Shown here: in pieces, positions 1 to 14,483 of the stretch
Numbering within the stretch: the stretch's first letter is position 1
Layout: the number at the start of each line of letters is the position of its first letter
Assembly: GCA_951406725.2 (NCBI GenBank)
Contig: OX597817.1
Span: 89,590,001-89,654,000 of the forward strand
Direction: 5' to 3'
DNA length: 64,000 nucleotides
From: Octopus vulgaris
Lineage: Eukaryota
The notes under the pieces: generated by a model
The model's input: only the letters and a program-made list of their open reading frames with translations
The model's database searches: none
Told to the model about the DNA's origin: nothing
Program-made: the position numbers and the translations under genes

Positions 1-240
1 CATAGAGAAACAAGGAGGGAGAAAGGGAGAGTGGGACAGCAGAAAAAGATGGAGGGTAGAGAAAGATGTTGGGCAGAGAAAGATGGAGGGCAGAGGAAAA
101 GGGAGGACAGAGAGCGAGAGGGAGGGCAGAGGGAGAGGAGATGGAAGGGAGAGCGAGAGGGAGAGCAGAGGAGGGAGGGGAGATGGAAGGGAGAGGGAGA
201 TGGAAGGCAGAGGGAGAGGAGAAAGTGAGAGAGAGAGATA
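1..240. repeat. Purine-rich (GA/GGA) low-complexity tract
   Basis: Almost only G/A with repeated gagggagag/gatggaagg units. Confidence 0.85.
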
Positions 241-689
241 GAATGATTCGGAGACTGTAACCCTCTACATCAAGAAAAAATTAGGACCCCTTGGATGGTC
301 TTCAAGCAAGGGCAGAAATTATGTCTCATCTCTTCTTCCATATATATATGCATGTGTGCATGTGTATGTGTATTTGCGTGTGTGTGTGTGTGTGTGCATG
401 TATGTGCGCGCGCGCGTGTGAGTAACAGATTAAGTATATAAATTTGGGAAATTACGTAAGACATTCCTCGCCTGACTTTTTACCCTAATTTTGTGACGCT
501 GTAAAGTCGGTATGTATATCAGAAACCGCTCCCTTCCAAGTTTCACCGATTTCTTCGCATCTGAAGCGCTCGAAGCATTACTGTTTTTGGTCACAGCCGT
601 TCGAGTGACTTTAAAACCGGATGTCATGGTTTGAAAATCAGTCAAGATAAATAGATGAAGTGGATTTAACTTCCTAGTGCATAGCCTGT

Positions 690-726
690 ACACACACACA
701 CACACACATTATTGTTGTTGTTGTTG

Positions 727-815
<89 letters not shown>

Positions 816-825
816 TATTATTATT
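690..825. repeat. Compound microsatellite (CA)n-(TTG)n-(TTA)n
   Basis: Direct reading. Confidence 0.95.
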
Positions 826-840
826 AATACTCATGTTATT

Positions 841-1000
841 AAGGCAGTGAGCTGGCAGAAGAACACCGGCCAAAATGTTTGGTGCTATTTCGTCCGTCTT
901 TATGTTCAAATATCCGCCGATGTCAACTTTACCTTTCAGCTTTTCGGAGTCGATAAAATAAGTACCTGTTGAGCATTGGATCGGTGTAATTGACTTACCC
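841..1000 (+). mobile_element. SINE family A copy (tRNA-like head, core cctttca..tttcggggtcgataaa..agtacc), diverged
   Basis: aaggcagtgagctggcagaa...gttcaaatatccgccgatgtcaactttacctttcagcttttcggagtcgataaaataagtacc matches copies at 33110, 43279, 53806-54210 and 63605. Confidence 0.75.
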
Positions 1001-1416
1001 TAAGGTGTGACTGAGTAAAAGTTTGGCTAAATTTGATTTTACCTTGAAGGTCACTGAGTTCATTGGTGGTGGTGGTGGTGGTGAGCAACTGAAGAAGTTT
1101 GTAGAGAGGTGACTGAGGAAGTGTGGCGTAAAGGATATTGTATTGGATTGAAAGTTTATAGGTGACGTGAGTGGGTGGAGAGATGTCACTGGGCGTGGTA
1201 GTTTCGTATTGATAAACTTTATTAGGACTAAAAGTATACACGCACATTCATACAGCAAGAGACCGACATACATGATGACAGAGATAAACAGGCATATACA
1301 CCTTTGAAATTTATTTATACTTGCACATTTTTATACACATAGTGACAATACGCACATTATACACCTGTGTACATGCAGACAAGAAAACGCATACATTGCA
1401 TGCATATGTATGAACG

Positions 1417-1568
1417 TATGTATGTATGTATGTATGTATGTATGTATGTATGTATGTATGTATGTATGTATGTATGTATGTATGTATGCATGTATGCATG
1501 TATGTATGTATGTATGTATGTATGTATGTATGTATGTATGTATGTATGTATGCATGTATGTATGTATG
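1417..1568. repeat. (TATG)n microsatellite at the 3' end of an RLE element
   Basis: Direct reading. Confidence 0.95.
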
Positions 1569-2150
1569 TCATTCAGTTCATTTCAAGATTTCTTGCCAAT
1601 AGAAAATGTGTCGGTTTCTAACCTAGCTCCAAGGCTCCTTCATTGGAATTTCAACATCAACAGAGTATTTTTGTATGTATGTATGTATGTATGTATGTAT
1701 GTATGTATGTATGTATGTATGCATGCATGTATGTATGTATGTATGTACGTATGTATGTATGTGTCCAGATTTGTATGTATTGTTTTATGTATGTATTCAA
1801 ATGCATATATATTGCATATCTAGACATGCTCGTATATACTTAAGTGATAAACTTCCTGGAAGTTTTACATATTTTTACAGTTCCAGTGACGGCTTGGATC
1901 TGTTGTCATTGAATTAGCTTTCTCCTTTCTGGCTTTGAGAAGCCAAATTTCTCACGATTGATAGTTAGACAGTGTGTTACATATCTCAGTGCTTCAATAA
2001 TTACGGGTATGAACTTGAACTTGTAATTTGGATAGAATAGCTGTAGATTCCTCAATATTTCACCGAAAGTATTTCCCTTTTCACTGACCTTTAGTTTGAT
2101 ATTAACATTGCCGGGCAGCTGATTTCCACAACTGTACACAGTTTCTCTTC
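1569..2150 (-). mobile_element. 5'-truncated RLE-type non-LTR retrotransposon (3' end), (TACA)n-associated family
   Basis: ORF 1906-2139 (NVNIKLKVSEKGNTFGEILRNLQLFYPNYKFKFIPVII) is the RLE C-terminus. The sequence closely matches 10690-11290 in reverse, including the 3' UTR with an internal (CATA)n. Confidence 0.85.
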
Positions 2151-2244
2151 TCCCGTCTGTCTGTCTGTCTGTTTGTATGTATGTACGTATTTATGCATGC
2201 ATGCATCCATGTGTGTGTGTATGTAACCTATATAGTAGATATAT

Positions 2245-2370
2245 AAGCAGGGCTAATTTCGTTATTTCTCTGTAGATTGAAAAATATGATGAGCAACCAT
2301 ACTCGGCTTTTGAATCTTATTGGATTCTCATCAGAAGCGTTCCAGAGAAGCAAGCATCCAATCTCTTTCT
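2245..2370 (-). ncRNA. Degenerate type I hammerhead motif in a repeat homologous to 14050-14490
   Basis: Minus strand reads CTGATGA-gaatcc-aata-agattc-aaaag-ccga-GTA, with GAAA mutated; flanks match the 284-bp dimer. Confidence 0.5.
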
Positions 2371-2531
2371 ATACTCAACAATTGCAGAAGCTATACAGAA
2401 AACTGTAGATACTAATTTGTATGCCGTGAGCCCTAGCACTTTTATTTAATGTCAGAGGGATCAACGCAGATCTCAGCCTGCACCGTGTCAAAGTATGATA
2501 TGATATATGTAACCAGTATAGTAGATATAGT

Positions 2532-2576
<45 letters not shown>

Positions 2577-3514
2577 TGCATGCATGCATGTATGCCTGGA
2601 TGTATTTATTTATGCTTAAACACGCGCATTTGTGTGTATGTATGCATAATCTACTGTACTATGAGAATGCCATACAGTTAATAAATGCATGCACTGTCAT
2701 ATCAGGCTTTTAATTATCAATTACGTAATGAGGTAATTCTTTTTTGTTTTGGAACAGTGTCTTGAAACACATAAACTATAAATGATAGCATGTAAATATA
2801 GGGCTGAAGAACCTTTTGGAAAGAAAAAGTTGAAGGCTCGAGTAGCCTTCCACATTCCACCCCATCTCCGCAAAATTTTTATTTCATGTTCTCTCGAAAG
2901 TTTCTAAAATTTTTCTTATGGCGTCAACAACCTAATTAGACGTTTAATTAACAAATTAATTAATCAATTAGTTAATAATTTGATTTGTCAAAGTCCTTTC
3001 GTCACACCTGCAATCTTATATTGACTATTATTTGAAGAATCTAACGAAATAGGTCAATACAAGCAGCAAGAGCGCAAGAAACACGCTTATCAATAAAGGC
3101 AGAAGATATGTTTGGATCCGACAGTAGCTTTGGTTCATTTTGTTTCTCCTCTCTTTTATACCAAGTCTGAAACAAAATTTTCCGTGAATCTTCCACTTAT
3201 CGGCACAAGCATGACTGTGTGATGAAGAACCTAGCATTACACCTACGCAGTTTCGGGTTAGTCCCACTGCGCAGCACCTGGATCGAATGAGTGAATTTCT
3301 TTAGTGGACTGATACTGTCTGGAAGACCATTGTGTGTGTATATATATGTATATATGCTTTATTGTCCTTACCCGGTGTCGTTTTGTTTACTTTCCCATAA
3401 TACTATTTTCTCCACCATGTTTTGCTCACACTTATATCTCTCTTCCTCCCCATCTCTCTCTATCCCTCTATCCCTCACTCTCTCCCTCCATCCCTCCTCT
3501 CTCTTTCTCTGGTG

Positions 3515-3860
3515 AACTTAGCCACATGGTTCCGGGTTTAGTCCCACACCGTAGCACCTTGGTAGCTGTTTTCTACTATAGCTTTCGCTCCGACCAAAGC
3601 CTTCCGAGTCGATTTGGTAAACAGAAACTGAAAGAAGCCCGTCGTATATACATGGGTGCGTGTGTGTGTATGTGTGTGTATTCCCCATTACCGCTTGACA
3701 ACCGGTGTTGGTATATATAGGTTCCCATAACGTAGCAGTTCCATAGAATAAATTCCAGGCTTTTAAAGAAAGTAGTGCGGTCGATTGATTCGACTAAAAA
3801 TTCTTCAAAGCGGTGCCCCAGCATTGGCTGTAATCAAATGTGTGAATCAAGGAAAACATT
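3515..3860 (+). mobile_element. SINE family B copy (tRNA-like head, internal TA/TG microsatellite)
   Basis: ccacatggttccgggtttagtccc...gaccaaagcc...gaaactgaaagaagcccgtcg...cttgacaacc...ccccagcat; homologous to 31211-31606. Confidence 0.8.
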
Positions 3861-4442
3861 AAAGCTAAATAGTATGTATGTATATTTATATATACACAAA
3901 CATACATATATATATGTATGTATACATACATGCACACATATATACATATATACACACATACACATATTCATGCATACATATATACATACATGCATACATG
4001 CATACATACATACATGCAGACAGACAGACATGCATTCATACATATATACATACATGCATACATACTTACACACATACATACATATATACATATATACACA
4101 TATCTATTTATCTATTTACGTACACACACACTCCTGCACATACATATGCGCATGAACATGCAGACCTACAAAGATGTCCTAGTTTGGAATAGTACGACTG
4201 CATGTCCCTTGGAGAAATACTACTACCGTCAGACTCTCTTCAAGAAGCTCATGTTCTCAATAACTAATTCTGTAACGTTATTTTGGCACAAACTTATAAG
4301 CTCATTAATAAAATAACGTGAAATGTAGTAGTCGTTGTCATGAACACTTGTCTATCTTTATCATGTGACATTGATGGCTGTTCAACAACGCCATATCTGT
4401 TTGTATGTCTATATATGTATGTGTTCGTATTTTAATTGTGCA

Positions 4443-4476
<34 letters not shown>

Positions 4477-4477
4477 A

Positions 4478-4763
4478 AGGGAAAGTTTACAAAAATAAAC
4501 AAAAGACGAAGGCAGGTGGTGTACCAACAAACAAATGTATTAGTATAGCGCTCAGGAATAGAAAAAGTCTTTTACGTTTCGAGCCTACGCTCTTCTACAG
4601 AAAGATACATTTTTCCTCTCCTTGTTTTTTCAGTGTACCTTTCTGTAGAAGAGCGTAGGCTCGAAACGTAAAAGACTTTTTCTATTCCTGAGCGTTATAC
4701 TTATACGTTTGTTTGTTTTGTACACCACCTGTCTTCGTCCTTTGTTTTTTTTTCGTAAACTTT

Positions 4764-4767
<4 letters not shown>
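4478..4767. repeat. ~130-bp-arm inverted repeat flanked by (TA)n; each arm carries a minimal HHR-like motif (probable PLE pLTR fold-back)
   Basis: Arms ~4478-4610 and ~4633-4767 are reverse complements; cttt-CTGTAGA-a-gagc-gtag-gctc-GAAAC-GTA-aaag at 4639-4674 (+) and 4569-4604 (-). Confidence 0.8.
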
Positions 4768-4809
<42 letters not shown>

Positions 4810-4821
4810 ATATACATTTAT

Positions 4822-4852
<31 letters not shown>

Positions 4853-5599
4853 TTTCATACGTACCTACATTCAGATATGAATGCAAATAGACATACATAC
4901 ATACATACATACATACATACATACATACATACATACATACATACATACATACATACGTTCACCATACATAAATCAATACATATATACCCACACATACTAA
5001 CAAACATACATACCTTAGTTTAAGAATTCTTTCTCCAATTTCTCTTAGCTAACAATCTACAGCAGATCACTTTTTGGTAGTAGAAGATAGGGAGAATATG
5101 CATTCTGATGCTAGAAGTTATTGAAAATATCGACGGTGGCTCTATGAAAATATGCGATAATACATAGAAGACAATCAATAATAGCATGCAGCTGCTACCA
5201 TCTGCACGTACTAATGAAATAACTCGACTAAAGCTACCATAAGGGATTTACAAAACAAGAAGAAATTATAAACAACTGCGCCGCTAAAGTGGACATTTAG
5301 GTACCGTTATGAGGTGTAAGGTGTGTATTAAGTTTACTGCACAATAACTAAATCTAATAAAATAAATTGACAAAAATATACGGAGATTCTATACTTCAAA
5401 CTCTAGAAAGGAAATAAATAACTTGAAAATACGAATTCAGAAGATTCGATGAAGAAAAAGTCTTTATCGAAAGAGAAACTACTTCAACCAACCAGCATTA
5501 ACCATATGTTTGCTGTTAATGCAGAAACTATATCGGAGGATGAAGAAAAGCAATTTCTTTGCAAAAATAGCCCCTTCTCATCATATTGGTCTATGATCT

Positions 5600-7330
5600 G
5601 AAGTGAAAAGATGGATTCCAATCAAAGAGCATCATGGCTATATAGAATCACAGAAGAATAATGTACCAACATCAAAGTAAAACTTTCACAATCAACTGTG
5701 AAAGTTTCGCTAATACCGTGGATGAATCGTATAATGGGAGGGAACCAAGAAGAGACTTAATAGTTGGATATTGCTATGAGATGTTGACCTTCTTCAAGAA
5801 GGTGCTAGATGCTTATTTAAAAGAACAATGGAGAGCTTAGATTGGCTTACCAAATTGGTTAGCCACAACATGAAACAACTCTTGTAGCCAAGAATGAAGA
5901 TACTGACTTGGCAGAATACAATAAGGCTTATTGCGTTCCTAAACATTATGTACAGTCTTTGCAAAAACTGTCTCAACCAAATACTTATCAACCTCTGTAA
6001 GTCAAATATTATAGCGACCAAAAGGGGCTGCGTCGAAGAACTTTCAATAAACAAATCTACGATAAACAGTCTGAAGTAACAAAACACCGCAAATACCTTG
6101 TAATGTGTTTTAATTACAGAAAGGAAATCAATTTTATTCTTCACTAATATTTGCTGAATCACTGCACTTATCGAAACTATTTGCTGCCTTAGAAAGGCTT
6201 TCAAAGCCTAGTTAACAATCCTCATACTGGTTACTAATAAAGCAACGATATTATAGATATTTCAAAACGAAAATTACAAGGAGACACCATGTATAATTTG
6301 GCTTCAAATCCCCAATAATTTCTCTTACAAAAATCTATCACAGCAAAGGCTTCCAATGGCACTCGTAATTTCTTTGTGGACAATATATATTGCTAAAGAT
6401 TATTTCGCAGTACCTCATAAAGTACTGCCTAGCCACATTTAAAGCTTCATTAAGCGATAAAGATAGCTGATTGATTGTGCATTTCCTAGTACCTGCAATA
6501 AACATACTTTTATATGGTGCCTTGTGTAATTTAGGAATCAAAAAAATGTTGGGATAACCATATCTTTCTCTGCCACTTTGGAACCACTAATAACAAAATT
6601 TTCTGACTCTTTATCTGTAGGTACTATAATGTATCATGCAACTCTCTAATATATTTCTTAGCTTCAGGTTTACTTAAAACTGATTTGCTTCCTATCAAGC
6701 TGTGCATCCTTCTAATATATCTCAACTACACACTTCTTATTTTATTCCACCAATTTAGAAATTCCTCTAGTCTAACCCTATATTTTAGACTTACCTAAAC
6801 TATAAAATCCCAATCGATTTTAAAATAGCCTCCACTAACATATGCCTACTAATCCTAAAGATTCCCTGTATTTTGTATCTTTTATAATAATTCTTTTCAG
6901 ATCCTCATTTTTAATAATATTTTAAATTTCCTATGTAAACATGCCCAACTTCATTGTAGTAGAAATCGTAATCCTACGTTCCTAAATGCTTCTGAAACTT
7001 TCTAGGTTAACCTCTAACCAAAACTTACTATAGTTAATTAATTTATCACTTTTCTCTGACCTAGACTATAGCTAAAACATATACTTACATACTTAACATC
7101 AACAGATTAAAGGTTCTGTGTCCTCTTATTCTTAATTATTGTATTTCAACAAATATCATCAATGGAGCCACTAATGAAAGTTATCATCAGCTATTCCATT
7201 TTGACTTTGTTTGCTTTCTCCTTCACCACTTTAATCAGTCTGTTACATAAAATATCAAGCAAAATCCTAACCTCCATTAAATCTCTGTTGCATCTACCTA
7301 AAAGTTTCTTAAATACGGAAAGGGAACGAG
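5600..7330 (-). pseudogene. Highly decayed Penelope-like element reverse transcriptase
   Basis: IPKLHKAPYKSMFIAG..C (ORF 6338-6541) matches the PLE RT PKxHK motif; downstream FRLFIVDLFI resembles FRYIDDL; interrupted by a SINE at 7358; boundaries approximate. Confidence 0.6.
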
Positions 7331-7357
7331 CTCTTAACAAAATATTGTGTAACAGGA

Positions 7358-7688
7358 GGTAAAGACGCCCTTCAGTCATGAATGACCATGGGATTGTACC
7401 TAGAAAGTTCGCCCCTGAAGCACAAGTCCGAGCAAGGTTGTTTATAGAAGACCAGCATTCGTTCATGCATACCAGCTTCCACACCACCGATATTATCTAA
7501 AGGAAAGGCAAACGCCGATACAGCTTGGCACCAGTTACGTCGCAACGCATTTCTACAGCTGAGTGAAATGGAGCAACGTGAAATAAAGTAACTTGCTCAA
7601 GAACACAACACACAGCCCGGTTCGGGAATCGAACTCATTACCTCATGATTATAAGCTCGACGCTCTAACCACTGAGCCATGCGCTCCC
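7358..7688 (-). mobile_element. tRNA-derived SINE family C, near full length
   Basis: Minus strand gagcgcaTGGCTCAGTGGttagagcgtcg...GAGTTCGATTCCcg (pol III A and B boxes), then gtgttcttgagcaag..ctttatttcac core. Confidence 0.85.
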
Positions 7689-8743
7689 TCCTATCATACA
7701 ATTTATTGAGTTTGTACCATGTTCCAGAAGTGTCTCTTTCAGACCTGTTTCCTCAAATTTAATCTACAACCATGGTTATATTTCCTCCTTATACAGGTTG
7801 TGAATTACAATGCTGAGAAGCAGTTAATCTTATTAACTAATTTTTTTTAGTTGACATAGGGTTGGAATTCGTTCAAAAGAAAGAGTCATATTTGATAGTT
7901 GTAACAGAAGCATTATTTTTCAACATCAGCCTCTACATTAATGCTTTCTCTTTCGCCCTCCCTCCCTCTCCCCCATCTCTCTCCTGCTTCACTCAACGAA
8001 TACTATCAATACCCAGACATTAATGAAAGTGTATCATACAAAGGTGCTGCGAATAAAGATAAAGCAAGCGAGTAAATAATATTATAGCAAATTTTGGAAA
8101 ATATATTAGATATTGTGGGATACTGTATTTCATCGTAAAGTGAAATTTTATTTTTTACAGTCTTTAAAGTATCAATTCTGTAATACTGATACCAACATTT
8201 AAGATACTTTGACTCTAGATGAAATCTACTCTCAAGATATTAAAACAGTAAGATCCTGACATCGAATGGAAGCTTCCGCAAAATTAGAGATATCGACAAG
8301 CTCTATCACAAAAAAGTGGAAGAGAAGCAGAGCAGACAGACACCTTTTGAGTACAGTATGCTATTGCTCGGAAAATATCTGTCACACAACGGCAGCGAAG
8401 CTAAATGCATCAACCAAGTGGTGAAAGGGAATTGAATGACATTGTTCGGGTCGGAAATGAACATCGCAAGAAACATACAGTTCATGATGACCTCTCGCGT
8501 AACCCCAGAATTAGCGTACCTCGAAAAAAAAAGAAGAAAAAAAAAGAAGAAAAAAAAAGGAAAAAGCACCCTGTATATGAAAATAAAAAGAAAGAGAAAC
8601 ACCTTGCACAGCTTCTTCCCCACTACAAAGTTTATGGATGGATATATTTCCATAAACCTGAGGATCATGCTAACTTAAACCTAACGAGAAATTTAGCTTC
8701 TCTTCGATTCGTGATCGCCACATTATGTCACATTCTTCTATAC

Positions 8744-8995
8744 CAGCGTTTCTCAACCAATTTATACCTATGGACCCATTTGATTCCTATTTTACTCGGT
8801 CTGATCTCCATAGCCATTCGATGCTCAAAAACAATCCTACTATATCTTTATAATTAAATGTTATTTGGAATTGTATAAAAAAAGTTAAGATATTTGGTGT
8901 ATTGTAGAAGTAATAAACAAATTATTGCACATAAATTTTAACAAAATCTTATATGGACCCCCTATGGCCATATAGACCCCGGTTAAGAACCACTG
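8744..8995. mobile_element. hAT (Charlie-like) MITE
   Basis: TIRs cagcgtttctcaacc / ggttaagaaccactg; 8-bp TSD ttctatac / tgctatac (7/8 match). Confidence 0.8.
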
Positions 8996-9003
8996 TGCTA
9001 TAC

Positions 9004-9640
9004 AAAAACGAGAGATAGCTGCAGAATACTTAATGAACAAAAGAGACAGCGATCCTTTAAAGCATCAAGAAGCTATCGAAATAGCGTCTTGATTATGTCA
9101 TATGTCCTGTGGAAGATATTAGATATGCGATTAGCAACTTTCCTAAACTGTCGTTAAGATATTCCCTTCCAATACAGCATTGGTGCCGTGCAGTTGATAA
9201 AGTGATATACAATGCCATCAGCAGGAATGAATGCCCTTGGATGTGGTTGCTGAATACAAATATACGTTTCAACACAACGAATATTAATAGAACATTCCCT
9301 CAAAACTTTCTCCAAGTACAAATATAAAAGACCTGACACAGTTGTTTGAGACAGAAAAGACGTCAAGCTACCCGGCAGATATGAATATTTTCAAAATCAT
9401 TTCGAAGGAGAATATTTATGGATATCTGCTTGGAAACTTATAGCATTTCCACATAGATTACAGACTCACGTTTACAGCTATAATTATCGATGTATTTGCT
9501 TATGCTAATAGATGTCTAATTAGCAATCTCAAAAATTGGTGAGTAGACGGCTAAAAAACCTAAAATGAACAGCTAAAACACACACACAGTTTCTGCAAGT
9601 AAAACTCAGGAAAGTAGGTGAGGGCTTTCTAAAGTTTAAC
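9004..9640 (+). pseudogene. Old RLE non-LTR retrotransposon fragment (zinc knuckle + RLE)
   Basis: CPVEDIRYAISNFPKLSLRYSLPIQH aligns with EDITHIISSCSKMSSRHYLPMRHD at ~10445; KRPDTVV follows. Confidence 0.6.
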
Positions 9641-9732
9641 TCATAATTTATTGTTGTTGATAGAGCTAGTTTCCTTTGTTAGAAACGAATAAACATTATA
9701 AGAATTCAAATCATTAAAAAAGAAAAACAAAT

Positions 9733-9794
9733 CATACATACATACATACATACATACATACATACATACATACATACATACATACATACATACA
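9733..9794. repeat. (CATA)n microsatellite
   Basis: Direct reading. Confidence 0.95.
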
Positions 9795-9992
9795 TGCTGC
9801 CCTGAGAAGGCAATATAAAGTGGGCATAGGAATGGAACGGCCTAAAGTATGAGGGGATTAGAAAGTCGTTTAAAATACGAGGGTCTACCTATCAGTCTGT
9901 CCGTCTGCCTGTCTGTCTGCCTGTCTACATATCTCTATCTACCTGTCTACATGCATACGTACATACATGCACATATACATGCATACATACAT

Positions 9993-11290
9993 GCAACAGA
10001 GGCTTAACATCAATCCAAAATGCTTTTGAATGTCGCATCATGTCACTTCGGCAACATCTTCCAACCATCAAGCGTCGAAGTGCATACATGGGGCTGATAA
10101 CATTACAAGACTTGGAAGGCAGCTCCTTGAGCAACACTCTGTGCCTGATGACCTAGAATACATGCCCAAAGAAGTCGCACGACTCTACCGCAACGTATCA
10201 TCAGATGAAAGGATGAGCCTATATGAGCAGAAGATTATGCATGGATATGTTGGTAGAAAGCTCCGTGATGAAAGTAACATCGATCATCAAAGCAGTCTAT
10301 CATGGACCAATAGCCGGATTACTACCTCGCACTTTGAAGGGTATGCGTTTGCAATCCAGGAACAGGAAATATCAACCAAATACCTGATGCATAAAAGGGA
10401 TAGAGATGGAGGAAAAGCAGTAAAATGTGACTTTGTGGAATTTACACTGAAGATATCACCCACATCATAAGCAGTTGTTCGAAAATGTCATCCCGGCATT
10501 ATCTACCGATGAGACATGACGTTGTAGCTAGGACACTCTATAATGAACTCCGTCGGAAGGATAATTCCGAGGACAAAGAAATAAAACCCACAATATGGTA
10601 GAAGCCATAGCCACTCATAATGAAAAGGAATACTGGTGAAGACCTCAAAAAAATGTAAGCACAACAGACCTGATATAATAATTTGGGATAGAGAAGTGAA
10701 ACTGTGTACAGTTGTGGAAATTAGCCGTCCAGCATATGTTAACATAAAGCTGAAAATCAGTGAAAAAGAGAACACCTATGCTGAACGATTGAGAAATTTG
10801 CAGTTACTCTATCCAGATTACTAGTTCAAGTTCATACTTGTAATTATTAAAGTCCTGGGATATATAACAGACTAGCTAAATACTAATCTTGAGAAATTAG
10901 GCTTCTCAAAACCAGAAAGAAGAAAGCTAATTCAAAGACTACAGATCCAATCCATCACTGGAACTGTAAAAGTCCGTAAAACTTTCCAGAAGATCATTAT
11001 TTAAATATATATGAGCATGTCTAGATATGTAACTATATACATGAGAATACATACATAAGACATACAAATCTGCACATACATACATACATACATACATACA
11101 TGCATACATACATACATACATACATACATACATACATACATACATACATACATACATACATACATACATACATACATTCATACATACATACATAACACCC
11201 CTGTTGTTAATGTTGAAATTCCAATTCTAGGTTAGAAACCGGTTCTTTCTCTATTGGCAAGAAATCTTGAAATAAACTGAATAATGACAT
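9993..11290 (+). mobile_element. 5'-truncated RLE-type (R4/Dong-like) non-LTR retrotransposon embedded in (CATA)n
   Basis: RGLTSI, MHGY, EGYAFAIQEQEISTKY, C..EDITHIISSC..RHD zinc knuckle, HNRPDIIIWD..VVEIS..K..EK..Y RLE; frameshifts and stops; CATA runs 5', inside the 3' UTR and 3'. Confidence 0.9.
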
Positions 11291-11296
11291 ACATAC

Positions 11297-11620
11297 TGTT
11301 ATGGGAGAATCCTGAACACCCCCACGTGACTGAAGGTGGACTAACCGATTACAATAAATAAGAACTGAGTGAAGTGTCAGGTGGAGTAGTTGACAGTGTT
11401 AGTTCAACCGTGTTGGTTTACCGTGTTAGTTCAGCAAGTGTTAGTTTAACAGTCGGTAGTTGAACAGTGAATACTAAGTATCGTACCTGCGTTCGAGTAG
11501 AACAGAGTGCGTTCTGTGTTAGTATATATTTTCTGCGATAGGTTATTTTTAGATAACCACAGCCAACTATTTATTTGTGTAATACCATTTTAACAAGACG
11601 TGTATATCCACGTCATAACT
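11297..11620. mobile_element. Probable solo LTR (~324 bp)
   Basis: Starts TGTTATG and ends CATAAC(T) (terminal inverted repeat); flanks catac/catat; AATAAA at ~11353; internal gtgttagtt repeats. Confidence 0.6.
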
Positions 11621-11799
11621 CATATATACATACATACATATATACATACATACATTGATTCATTCATTCAATAATTCATACCTTCATGGGCAAAATATGA
11701 GCATGTATGTCTGCATTTGAATCAAGTATATAAATAAACCTATACCATGGTTTCACACACGCATCCAAGTAGACAATCACGATATCTGGCAAGTTTGAA

Positions 11800-12240
11800 A
11801 GAGAGTGCGCTTGCAACTGTTGGATATGTGCATGGTCATCTGATGTGAGACCTTTATCAAAATGTATCGATCTTTCTGTGACACTGCATTATTGATTTTA
11901 GTAACCTATCTAATCAATTCTATTCCTATTCCTAACTCTAGTTCACAACCACCGACGATTGCTGGCATCAATTCAGCTATCTGCGAGGAACCATAATATG
12001 GATTCAATAATGGCATAACCAAGTACTGATGCACTAAAGTAACAATGCAGTAACGTCAGTGCAATCTGAATCAAAACCAAATTACACCCTGTTGTCTTTC
12101 TACAAGAAGTGCGAGAAAGGTCAACTCTGTGACGTAAACAAATGAAAGCTGACACCCTATCTTCTGAATGCAGGTGGATTTGAAGGAAGCATTGATGTTC
12201 CAAAGCCATATTGTGAGACAATGCCTTGAATTTATAGTAA
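11800..12240 (-). pseudogene. Decayed APE-type endonuclease domain of a LINE
   Basis: Ordered degenerate motifs on the minus strand: WNIN, GYAII, AIVGG(C/D), RKIDTF, SDDH. Confidence 0.45.
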
Positions 12241-12366
12241 GCATCTGACTTCATAAAAAGTATTGGTTACTGAGTTGATGCTGCTCTGGGAAGGCAATAC
12301 TAAGTGGGCATAGGAATGGAAGAGCCGAACGTATGAGGGACTTAGAAAGTCGTATGAGACACGAAG

Positions 12367-13812
<1,446 letters not shown>

Positions 13813-14049
13813 GTCTGTCTGTCTGTCTGTCCGTCCGTCCGTCTGTCTGTTTGTCTGTCTGTCTATCAATCTATCTGTCCATTTGTCTGTCTATCTTATA
13901 TATGTATCTCCACTTTCACCTGCTCTTTCTCTCCTTCTCCCTGTATATATAAAGACATATATATTACATATATATATATTAGATAAAGTGTTAACACTTA
14001 TGGTATGCAAATTAGTAGATTCAGTTTCCTATAGCAAATGAAATTGTTG

Positions 14050-14483
14050 AGCATATAAACAGAATCGCAGCTTGTTACTTTGAGATTGGTCAAGTACATA
14101 GAGACCTCTCTCACGAGAATCCAATGAGATTCGGAAATTGATTAAGTTGTTCCTCACTTTTCAGTCAATGAAGAAATAGGTACATTAGCTCCGTTTATAA
14201 ACCTACTATATAAAGTTCTTATATAATATCTTGATGCTGTGTGAACCGAGATCCTTCTTGACAGGCCCCTGATACTAAATAAACGGTATGCCAAAATAGT
14301 AGCACCAGCTCCCTGTAGTTAGTGAAACTGGTAAGTATAAAAGCAGATTGGCAGCTTGTTTCTCTGGGATTGGTCAAATTGAAGCAGATGTCCCTGATGA
14401 GAATCTATTAAGTTTCGGAAATCGATTAAAGTTGTTCATCATTTTTTCTGTCTACGGAGAAATAGCCAAATTAGCCGTGTTTA

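Noticed and set aside
1311-1917. Many YIHT/MYVC/IYIY/HTHT ORFs here and throughout the window
   Set aside because: Artefacts of (TACA)n, (TA)n and (CA)n microsatellites
2795-2852. ctgaaga...gaaggctcgagtagccttc as a hammerhead
   Set aside because: GAAA is replaced by GAAG, stem II is poor, and stem I would consume the core C; better explained as a small hairpin or an unprovable relic
7600-7688. tRNA gene
   Set aside because: A and B boxes are present but it continues into a SINE body with no acceptor stem or terminator
11205-11270. gaaaccggttc in the RLE 3' UTR as an HHR
   Set aside because: No CUGANGA core in either copy; more consistent with an ordinary 3' UTR stem-loop (ccaat/attgg)
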